DNA from: Betaproteobacteria bacterium UBA5216
GTDB lineage: Bacteria; Pseudomonadota; Gammaproteobacteria; Burkholderiales; SG8-41
Assembly (NCBI GenBank): GCA_002412495.1
Contig: DHVE01000053.1
Coordinates: 1,231 to 65,230 of the forward strand
DNA: 64,000 nucleotides
Reading direction: 5' to 3'
The position numbers and the translations under genes were made by a program. Under the pieces are notes generated by a model. It worked only from the letters and a program-made list of their open reading frames with translations. It was not told the DNA's origin and ran no database searches. Of this stretch, positions 56,618 to 64,000 are shown in pieces (within the stretch, counting starts at the first letter, position 1; each line of letters opens with the position of its first letter).

Positions 56618-57694
56618 ATGTCGCAACTCGACGCGTATGTTCGCACCAGTCTCAAGCCGCGCCACCTTCAGTTGCTCGTGGCACTGGAAGACATGCGCCA
56701 ACTGGGCAAGGTGGCGGCGAGCATGAATATTTCCCAACCTGCGGTCTCCAAGACTCTCGGTGAACTGGAACGCGGATTGGGCTTGCGGTTGTTCGATCGT
56801 ACGGCGCGCGGCGTCATCCCGACGGCGTACGGCCAATGCCTGATCCGGCACGCGCGCGTAATGCTTGGCGAACTTGCGCAGACACGCGATGAGTTGCAGG
56901 GTCTCGCATCCGGCGGCTCCGGAAACATTCGTGTCGGTGTGCTCGCAACCGCGGCGCTGGAATTGCTGCCGCGCGCGCTGGCTGCGTTCAAAGCCCGGCA
57001 GCCTGGCGTATTTGTCCTGGTTCGCGAAGGCATCATGGAAACGCTGTTACCGGATCTCTGGCTGGGAAATCTCGACATCATCGTCGGGCGGTTGCCGCAA
57101 GGCGGTGCCCAAGGCTTGGGAGAAAAAACATTGCTCGAAGAAGGCGTGAGCGTGGTAACCGGTCGGCACCATCCACTGGTGCAATGCAAGCGTCCACGCT
57201 GGTCCGACCTGCATCGATATCCCTGGGTCGTGCCGCCGGTAAATACGCTGCTGCGCGAACCACTTGAACGGTTGTTCCATGATCACGGGCTGGCGCTGCC
57301 CGCCGATCGCATCGAGACACTGTCGGTACACGTAATTCGCGCTTACTTGCATCACACCAACGCGATCGCCGCTCTGGCGACCGATGTGTCGCGGTACTAT
57401 GAATCACTGGGATTGCTAACGGTACTGCCAATTGAGTTGCCGAAACTGGTGCGGCCGGTCGGCATCATCTGGAATCTCCAGCGGCCTGTCTCGCCCAGCA
57501 CGCAAGCACTCATGCAAAACCTGGAGGACGCAGCGCATCCGGTCAAGTGGCCCAAAATAGCCAAAGGATCGGAACTTCCCGGTTTGGACCGCCCCGAAGT
57601 CGCGCGCGCCCGGAGTGCACGTCCCCGAACGGCTACCGCATCCATTGTCCGCCCCGCGCGCGCCGCCGCTATTCGATCCCGCACAGCGTTGTAG
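56618..57694 (+). CDS. LysR family transcriptional regulator with an extended Arg/Ala-rich C-terminus
   Basis: 358 aa. wHTH (LKPRHLQLLVALEDMRQLGKVAASMNISQPAVSKTLGELE). About 55 residues beyond typical LysR length. Confidence 0.85.
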   Translation: MSQLDAYVRTSLKPRHLQLLVALEDMRQLGKVAASMNISQPAVSKTLGELERGLGLRLFDRTARGVIPTAYGQCLIRHARVMLGELAQTRDELQGLASGGSGNIRVGVLATAALELLPRALAAFKARQPGVFVLVREGIMETLLPDLWLGNLDIIVGRLPQGGAQGLGEKTLLEEGVSVVTGRHHPLVQCKRPRWSDLHRYPWVVPPVNTLLREPLERLFHDHGLALPADRIETLSVHVIRAYLHHTNAIAALATDVSRYYESLGLLTVLPIELPKLVRPVGIIWNLQRPVSPSTQALMQNLEDAAHPVKWPKIAKGSELPGLDRPEVARARSARPRTATASIVRPARAAAIRSRTAL

Positions 57695-57749
57695 TGCCAA
57701 CAACAACAGCTCGCAATTCTTCGAACAGGTAGATTAGTAGGCAAGCAAT

Positions 57750-58721
57750 ATGAAAACACGTCTGCAACATGCCAACGAATGGCTGCTGGTTGCCCCCTTA
57801 TTGGGCGTGCCAGGGCTACTGAATATGGCAACCGCGCAGGAGTACCCCAGCAAACCGATTCGCCTCATCACATCCGAGCCGGGCAGCAGTCTTGACCTGA
57901 CGGCGCGGGTCATCGCACAAGGACTCACCACCACGCTGGGCCGCCAGGTTATCGTGGACAACCGGCGCATACTCGCCGTGGAACTGGTCGCGCAAGCGCC
58001 CGCCGACGGTTATACCCTGCTGGCCTATGGAAGTCCGATGTGGATCGCGCCCCTGCTGCGTAAGGATCTGAAGTACGACGCGGTTAAGGATTTTGCGCCC
58101 ATTACCTTGGCGGTTAGTTCGCCCAACGTGCTGGTGGTGAATTCCCGTCTGACAGCCAAAGCCGTACCGGAACTGGTGGCGCTCGCGAAGGCGAAACCCG
58201 GCCAGATCAATTACGGCTCCAGTGTTTCCGGTGGTTCACCGCATCTCGCGGCGGAGTTATTCAATTCGATAGCGAGCGTCAATCTGACGCGCATTGCCTA
58301 CAAAGGCGTGGCGCAGGCGGTTAATGATCTCATCGGCGGCCAGATTGATGTCATGTTTCCCGTGATCGCCACCGGCATGCCCCATGCACGGGCTGGTCGC
58401 TTGCGCGCGCTTGCCGTCACCAGCACGCAGCCCTGGCCCGCCACGCCGGATTTGCCGACCATCGCCGCATCCGGGCTGCCGGGCTACGAATTGACGGCAA
58501 TGCACGGCCTGCTGGCGCCGGCAAAAACACCACTGGCCATCATAGCCCGTCTCAATCGCGAAGTTGTGCAGCACATTACGCAACCGGATATCAAGCAGAA
58601 ATTTCTCGTCTCGGGCTCCGATGTGGTTGCCGGCACGCCGCAACAATTTGCATCCACCATCGTGAGCGACATGGGGCGCATGGCCAAGCTCATTCGCGAC
58701 CGGAACATTCAGGACGAGTAA
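57750..58721 (+). CDS. Bug family (TctC-like) substrate-binding protein
   Basis: 323 aa. Signal peptide, then EYPSKPIRLITSEPGSS. Confidence 0.85.
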   Translation: MKTRLQHANEWLLVAPLLGVPGLLNMATAQEYPSKPIRLITSEPGSSLDLTARVIAQGLTTTLGRQVIVDNRRILAVELVAQAPADGYTLLAYGSPMWIAPLLRKDLKYDAVKDFAPITLAVSSPNVLVVNSRLTAKAVPELVALAKAKPGQINYGSSVSGGSPHLAAELFNSIASVNLTRIAYKGVAQAVNDLIGGQIDVMFPVIATGMPHARAGRLRALAVTSTQPWPATPDLPTIAASGLPGYELTAMHGLLAPAKTPLAIIARLNREVVQHITQPDIKQKFLVSGSDVVAGTPQQFASTIVSDMGRMAKLIRDRNIQDE

Positions 58722-58739
58722 ACCGCTGGACGAGCCCAG

Positions 58740-59558
58740 CTAACGGCTCGGCATCGACTGCGGATTGGAGACCTCGAACAATTCCCCGCCATAATCCGCC
58801 TCCCGTGGAAGCCGAAGCAGGCGTATGCCATCACGAGTCTGCTCGTGCTTCGGCAACACGGTCACCACGCGGCTGTTGCGTGCCACGTCCAGTGCAGTTT
58901 CCGATGCCTGATGACGCGCGAGTTTCTGCAAGTTCATCTGTGTCGGAAAAACCAACTTGCGAGCGCCCTTGCTGGCATCGCCAAGTGCGCGCTCGGGACG
59001 AACCCAGACGGAATCAACCGCTTCGTCCCCATCATGCAGCGCAACTTGATCCTCCGGGGCGGCAGCGAGAAAGAAGTGCGTATCAAAACGCTTGGGCACG
59101 CGCTCCGGCGTAATCCAATGCGCAAACGGCACCAGCAATTCCGGTGCGAGAACCAATTGCTCGGCGGCGAGAATGGCGCCGAAGCTTCGTTCACCACGCG
59201 TCATGGCGGTACGGTGCACTGTCTCGATTTCGCGTAAATGGGCAGCGTCAACCAACCCGGCCTCCCCGCGCGCGCGCGCAAGCAACACGCCGCATTCCTC
59301 GAAAGTTTCTCGCAAAGCGGCCACGCGCAGCGCCGCGGCAGCGGCATCTGCGGCAAAACCCGGCGGAAACACTGCGGCATTCACCGCAATGTCGTAATCC
59401 CCGGCATCCAGCCGCCCGCCGGGAAACACCAGCGCACCCGGCGCAAAATCATTACCGTGATGGCGAACGATCATAAAGACTTCCATGCCTTCATCACCAT
59501 CCCGCAACAACATCACCGTCGCCGCCAAGCGCGGCTGCGCTATTGGATCATTATTCAT
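58740..59558 (-). CDS. NUDIX hydrolase
   Basis: The track ORF extends to 59669. I prefer the ATG at 59558 (MNNDPIAQPR). Nudix box GGRLDAG...ALRETFEECGVLL. Confidence 0.8.
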   Translation of the reverse strand: MNNDPIAQPRLAATVMLLRDGDEGMEVFMIVRHHGNDFAPGALVFPGGRLDAGDYDIAVNAAVFPPGFAADAAAAALRVAALRETFEECGVLLARARGEAGLVDAAHLREIETVHRTAMTRGERSFGAILAAEQLVLAPELLVPFAHWITPERVPKRFDTHFFLAAAPEDQVALHDGDEAVDSVWVRPERALGDASKGARKLVFPTQMNLQKLARHQASETALDVARNSRVVTVLPKHEQTRDGIRLLRLPREADYGGELFEVSNPQSMPSR

Positions 59559-59850
59559 CGAACGAAATATTTCCAAGTCATTGAGTGGAATAAAGGAGCA
59601 AGTATAGCGTGGTCTTGGAAGCCTCCGTATTACGACGCATGTGTGACAACACCTTCCTGCCACGCCCATCCGCGAACGAGCGACAGTGCATTAAGAGGCA
59701 CTCGGCATGAAGTCGTCCGCCGCTTTTTACGGTTGCGTTAATGCTGCGTTCTCGATCACCTCACTGAAGCCGGTGGGAATTCTGAACGGAGCAAACACGC
59801 CTTGCATCGCTATAATAAGATTGTATAGGGCGATCGCCAGCCAATACGAA

Positions 59851-61410
59851 CTATGGCCTTACCCCCGCGCGCGCTTTCACGCCCAAGCCCATGCGCAAAC
59901 GTTCTTCCATCGCGCCCACGATCCGGCACAGATAGCGCCGCGTCTCGCGTGGATCGATCACATCTTCAACGGCAAATGCCTCGGCCATGCGGAACGGCGA
60001 CGCCAAAGATCGAATTTCATCTTCGAGCTCGGCTTGCCGGCGCGCGGGATCGGGTGCGCAGGCAATCTCGCGGCGGTACGCGACCGTTACGCCCCCTTCA
60101 ACCGGCAGCGAGCCTATTTCCGCCGAGGGCCACGCGACTTTGAAATCGAGCCCGAGGCTGTCCCGCGCGGCAAATCCCGCAAATCCATAACACTTGCGTA
60201 TCACCACGCTGATCATCGGCACGGTCGCCTGCATGCGCGCATGCAGGCTGCGCATGCCTTCACGCAACGTCGCGTCTTCTTCGGCTTGCGGGCCGATCAT
60301 AAAGCCCGGCAGATCGACAAAGAATATCAACGGAATATGAAACGTATCGCACAAATCGATAAAATGCGTTTGCTTGCGCGCGGCCTTGGCATCAAGTGCG
60401 CCGCCGTTGACCATCGGATTGTTGGCAATGATACCCACCGGCCGCCCATTCATGCGCGCCAGCGCGGTAATCAAGGCGCGGCCAAACAGGGGCTGTATTT
60501 CAAAAACAGAACCCCGATCAACGATCATCCCGAACAGCTTACGCATGTCGTATGGTGCGCGCCGATTGCGCGGCAACAGAGTGAGCAAGGCTTCTTCCAT
60601 ACGATCCGCGGGATCGTCACATGGCGTGACCGGCGGAAGCTGCCAGACATTTTGCGGCATATAGCTCAGGAAACGCTTCACCATGGCAATGCAGTCTTCT
60701 TCACTCGCGGCAACGTTATCGATCGTGCCCGCGATACCGGCGGCGACTTTTGCGCCGCCCAGTTCTTCCTTGCCGATTTTTATGCCGAGCGCGCGTTCCA
60801 CCATTGGCGGCCCGGATGCAAACACCTGACTCTGCCCCTGCACCATGACCGAGAAGTGCGACAGGATAGCCCGCCCCGCCGGCCCGCCAGCCGTTGTCCC
60901 CATGACAGCGCTCACCACCGGCACGCGCCCCAGCAAATCGACATAGTGCGGCGAGAGCCGTGCGCCCGGAAAAACCGCGTGTCCCCGTTGCCGGGTCGAG
61001 CCTACGCTACCGCCCGAGCCATGACAAAAATTGACCAGCGGAATGCAATATTCGTACGCGAGATCGCCGGAAAAGCCGCCCTGCCCCCCCTTAGATCGTG
61101 CGCCCCAATTGACGCCGCCGCGCACTGAAAAATCCTCGCCGCCCACGGCCACCGCGCGCCCGTCCAGCTTTGCCAGTCCCATCACATAAGGCGCCGGAAC
61201 AACTTTGTTAACCTTGCCATCCGAATACGTCGCGCTACCGGAAAGCCCGCCAATTTCCTGGAACGAACCGGCATCGACCAGCGTATCGATACGTTCGCGT
61301 ATGGTGAGCCAGCCTTGCTTGCGATAGCTGCGTACTGCCTCTGCGCCACCGTGCTCCTGCGCCCACTGGCGGCGACGCGCAATTTCATCTGCCTCGGGTT
61401 TCCAGGTCAT
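59851..61410 (-). CDS. Acyl-CoA carboxylase beta subunit / carboxyltransferase family protein
   Basis: 519 aa with the two-domain crotonase-like carboxyltransferase pattern (GGEDFSVRGG..., GIIANNPMVNGGALD). Confidence 0.8.
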   Translation of the reverse strand: MTWKPEADEIARRRQWAQEHGGAEAVRSYRKQGWLTIRERIDTLVDAGSFQEIGGLSGSATYSDGKVNKVVPAPYVMGLAKLDGRAVAVGGEDFSVRGGVNWGARSKGGQGGFSGDLAYEYCIPLVNFCHGSGGSVGSTRQRGHAVFPGARLSPHYVDLLGRVPVVSAVMGTTAGGPAGRAILSHFSVMVQGQSQVFASGPPMVERALGIKIGKEELGGAKVAAGIAGTIDNVAASEEDCIAMVKRFLSYMPQNVWQLPPVTPCDDPADRMEEALLTLLPRNRRAPYDMRKLFGMIVDRGSVFEIQPLFGRALITALARMNGRPVGIIANNPMVNGGALDAKAARKQTHFIDLCDTFHIPLIFFVDLPGFMIGPQAEEDATLREGMRSLHARMQATVPMISVVIRKCYGFAGFAARDSLGLDFKVAWPSAEIGSLPVEGGVTVAYRREIACAPDPARRQAELEDEIRSLASPFRMAEAFAVEDVIDPRETRRYLCRIVGAMEERLRMGLGVKARAGVRP

Positions 61411-62648
61411 GTCTTCCTCTTCTTCGCCGTTATCGGACCGACACCACTGACAATACCCGCACGTTCAAGCGTACCGTATTCCTCATGAGTCATCGCCAGA
61501 ACGTCTTTCAAAATACGCTCCGTATCACGTCCGATCCGCCCGCCGCTACGGCGGATTCGGCCCGGGGTTCCCGAAAGCAAGGGCACCGGCGCTGCAAGGG
61601 TAACGCTGTCGAGTTCATCGTCCGGCGTCGCAACGAGCATGCCTCGCGCGGCGTAGTGAGGATCCTTGAAAATATCCGCCATGGTAAAGACGCGTGTCGA
61701 GGGCACACTCGCCGCCAGCAACTTCTTTTCGATCTCCGCAGCATCCAGCGTCAGCGTCCATTGCTCGATTATGGAATCCAATGCGTCCATGTTGGCGCCG
61801 CGCGCCACCGCCGTCGCAAAGCGCGCATCGACGACCAGTTCCGGCTGGCTCATCACGCTCGCCATTCTCCTGAAAACCGCGTCGGCGATCGCGGTAATAT
61901 GTATCTGCTGGCCATCCTTCGCGGGGTATAGATTGTTCGGTGCACTATTGGGGAGCCTCGATCCGGCGCGCTTGGCCACAACCCCCAGTTTTTCATACGC
62001 CGGCACGTGGGACTCCAGAAAGCTGAACGCGCACTCGTTCAGCGCCGCATCAATGCATTGACCCACGCCCGTGACACGTCGCGCGTGCAACGCCATGACC
62101 GCCCCAAACGCCGCATAAAGGCCGGTTATATAGTCGGTCAAAGCCACCGCCACGCGCGCCGGAGGACGGTCCGGATCACCAATAAGGTGCCTTAATCCGC
62201 TTACCGCCTCGCTGATCACGCCATAACCCGCGCGACTGCTGTATGGCCCAGTCTGGCCAAATCCACTGATGCGCACCATGATGAGTCCGGCATTCGACGC
62301 GCGCAAATCCTCGTACCCCAGCCCCCATTTTTCCAAAGTACCGGGCTTGAAATTCTCGACCACGATGTCGCACTTTGCGGCCAGTTTTCGAACAATGTCC
62401 CGTCCCTGCGTTTGCCGCAGATCAATGGAGGCCAATGATTTGTTACGCAACAGCGTGGCGGCGTACAACGATTTACCCTTGTAACGCTGTCCCAGCGAAC
62501 GCAGCGTGTCGCCCTCCGGCGGTTCAATCTTGATGACGTCCGCACCGAAATCCGCCAGCAGTCGCGCGCAAAACGGGCCGGAAATGGTTGACCCCAGTTC
62601 TAGCACCTTGCAGCCGCTCAACGGCCCTTTATCAGAAGTTGCGGTCAT
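61407..62648 (-). CDS. Family III CoA-transferase (CaiB/BaiF family)
   Basis: The track ORF extends to 62690. I prefer the ATG at 62648 (MTATSDKGPLSGCKVLELGSTISGPFCARLLADFGADVIKIEPPEGD), which overlaps the upstream Bug gene's stop (TGATG). 4-nt overlap with the downstream carboxyltransferase. Confidence 0.85.
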   Translation of the reverse strand: MTATSDKGPLSGCKVLELGSTISGPFCARLLADFGADVIKIEPPEGDTLRSLGQRYKGKSLYAATLLRNKSLASIDLRQTQGRDIVRKLAAKCDIVVENFKPGTLEKWGLGYEDLRASNAGLIMVRISGFGQTGPYSSRAGYGVISEAVSGLRHLIGDPDRPPARVAVALTDYITGLYAAFGAVMALHARRVTGVGQCIDAALNECAFSFLESHVPAYEKLGVVAKRAGSRLPNSAPNNLYPAKDGQQIHITAIADAVFRRMASVMSQPELVVDARFATAVARGANMDALDSIIEQWTLTLDAAEIEKKLLAASVPSTRVFTMADIFKDPHYAARGMLVATPDDELDSVTLAAPVPLLSGTPGRIRRSGGRIGRDTERILKDVLAMTHEEYGTLERAGIVSGVGPITAKKRKT

Positions 62649-63613
62649 CAATCCGGGATGATGCCGCTTGTACGGATGACCTTCGCCCACTTGTCCATGT
62701 CCGCCTTGATGTACGCAGCAAATTCCTGTGGCGAATTGCCAATGATCATCGCGCCGTCGCCCGTAACGCGCGCGGTCACCTCCGGCATCTTAAGAATGCG
62801 CACTATTTCAGTGTGGAGCTGGTTCACAATCATGCTCGATACCTTGCCGGGCGCCATCAGACCAAACCACGAACCTGCGGCGTAGCCCGGCAATCCTGCC
62901 TCGCTCATGGTGGGCAGTTCCGGCAGGGCCGATGCGCGCCGCTCGCTGGTGATCGCAATGGCGCGCAGTTTGCCCGCCTTTACCTGTGGTGCCACCACCA
63001 GCGGATTACCGAACATGAGCTGCACCTGACCGCTGATAAGGTCAGTCGCCGCAGGACCGCTGCCCTTATAGGGCACATGCACCATTTCCATCCCCGTCAT
63101 CGACTGCATCAACTCCGCCGCAAGCCTGAGCGAGGAACTGGTCCCGCTCGATGCATAAATCAACTGGCGCGGCCGTGACTTGCCGAGCGCAATTAACTCC
63201 CTGAGCGTTTTGGCCGGCACCGAAGGATGCACCACCAGCACCAGCGGAATTTCAGCCACCAGCGTAATCGGCGCGAAATCCCGCAGTGAATCAAACGGCA
63301 ACTTTTTGAACAGCGATGGATTGACCGCAAACGTATTGGTCCCCATGAAGAGCGTATACCCGTCGGGCGGCGATTTCGCGACTATGTCGGCGCCTATGAC
63401 CTGTCCGCCCCCCGGACGGTTGTCAATAATGACGGGTTGCCCCCATTTTTCCGTGAGTTTCTGTCCAATGATGCGGCCGAGAATATCGGTCGGCCCCGCC
63501 GGAGCCACCGCCACCACCATGCGTATGGGACGCGACGGATAATCCTGCGCGGTGACCGTGGCTGCAACCACCAGCATTACAACCGCTACTCCTGCATTTG
63601 AAGTCGAAGACAA
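62648..63613 (-). CDS. Bug family (TctC-like) substrate-binding protein
   Basis: The track ORF extends to 63703, into the MaoC gene. I prefer the TTG at 63613, preceded by AAGGAGGGAGG, giving (M)SSTSNAGVAVVMLVVAATVTAQDYPSRPIRMVV. Confidence 0.8.
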   Translation of the reverse strand: MSSTSNAGVAVVMLVVAATVTAQDYPSRPIRMVVAVAPAGPTDILGRIIGQKLTEKWGQPVIIDNRPGGGQVIGADIVAKSPPDGYTLFMGTNTFAVNPSLFKKLPFDSLRDFAPITLVAEIPLVLVVHPSVPAKTLRELIALGKSRPRQLIYASSGTSSSLRLAAELMQSMTGMEMVHVPYKGSGPAATDLISGQVQLMFGNPLVVAPQVKAGKLRAIAITSERRASALPELPTMSEAGLPGYAAGSWFGLMAPGKVSSMIVNQLHTEIVRILKMPEVTARVTGDGAMIIGNSPQEFAAYIKADMDKWAKVIRTSGIIPD

Positions 63614-63644
63614 ACTTATCGCCTCCCTCCTTAGCCAACGCAAT

Positions 63645-64000
63645 TTACGACGCAACTCTGCGCCGATACATGAGGGTCGTCTCCATCTCCTGCACCGGCG
63701 CACCGTGCTGATTTATCAGTTTTCTCCTGAATTTGACCACCCCCCGATCTGCCTTGCTCGTCGGCTTTTTCTCGATCACGGTGGACATCATATGAATGGT
63801 GTCACCGTGTTTAACCGGCGCCAGCAACCGCCACTGATCGACCTGCAATAGCGCCAGCAGCGTACCGTCGTTGATTCCGCTTGCGTATTGCAGTCCGCCC
63901 GCGATCGCATATACCAGTGGCCCATGGGCGATAGGTTCGCCGAATGGCGTGCTCTTGCAGTACTCCCAGTTGGCGTGAATTTCGTTGAAGTCGCCCGACA
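63645..64000 (-). CDS. MaoC-like (R)-hydratase/dehydratase, partial (N-terminus beyond the window end)
   Basis: Reverse translation to the window edge gives ...GDFNEIHANWEYCKSTPFGEPIAHGPLVYAIAGGLQYA...VKHGDTIH..., a hot-dog fold MaoC pattern. Confidence 0.75.
   Translation of the reverse strand, partial: SGDFNEIHANWEYCKSTPFGEPIAHGPLVYAIAGGLQYASGINDGTLLALLQVDQWRLLAPVKHGDTIHMMSTVIEKKPTSKADRGVVKFRRKLINQHGAPVQEMETTLMYRRRVAS

Noticed and set aside
1-64000. A search for CRISPR arrays, IS elements or transposases, phage genes, toxin-antitoxin pairs and defence systems.
   Set aside because: I could not identify any spaced direct repeats, transposase or integrase-like ORFs, or nuclease/ATPase defence-type genes. 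The only exact tandem repeats I noticed are the 17-bp one in the PrpD-family pseudogene and a 9-bp doublet in the MCP tail.

Overview
High-GC (about 60% or more by eye) chromosomal window that looks betaproteobacterial, probably Burkholderiales. This placement is an inference from 12 Bug/TctC-type periplasmic binding-protein paralogs with no TctA/TctB permease genes, and no taxonomy search was possible. About 60 densely packed CDS and one tRNA-Pro(UGG) are supported. I saw no transposase, integrase, phage gene, CRISPR array or rRNA.

Gene content:
- Organic-acid and acyl-CoA metabolism: malonyl-CoA decarboxylase, AMP-forming and ADP-forming CoA ligases, a family III CoA-transferase, a MaoC hydratase and a carboxyltransferase.
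- An IorAB-like molybdenum hydroxylase with CoxG and a distant XdhC.
- An amidohydrolase_2 / dihydroxyphthalate-decarboxylase-like operon.
- Several regulators: LysR x2, a MASE1-PAS histidine kinase with a NarL-type regulator, and a GGDEF-EAL protein.
- A complete accessory chemosensory operon (22.1-30.8 kb).

Most interesting calls:
1. Two adjacent ORFs at 32073-32621 (minus strand) are in frame across a TGA. Joined, they read ...SAMAD-U-GSC..., the UGSC (seleno)protein motif. A perfect 8-bp hairpin sits 11 nt downstream of the TGA, so this is probably a selenoprotein that the ORF track splits. It is translationally coupled to an uncharacterised 372-aa partner.
2. The che operon opens with a STAS protein that shares a GTGA overlap with a degenerate MCP-like membrane protein. 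Its canonical MCP has no periplasmic sensor domain and ends in an xWxxF pentapeptide (DWKEF).
3. An MmgE/PrpD gene is inactivated by a perfect 17-bp tandem duplication plus a second frameshift.

All functional calls rest on motifs and family resemblance recognised by eye. No database search was run.
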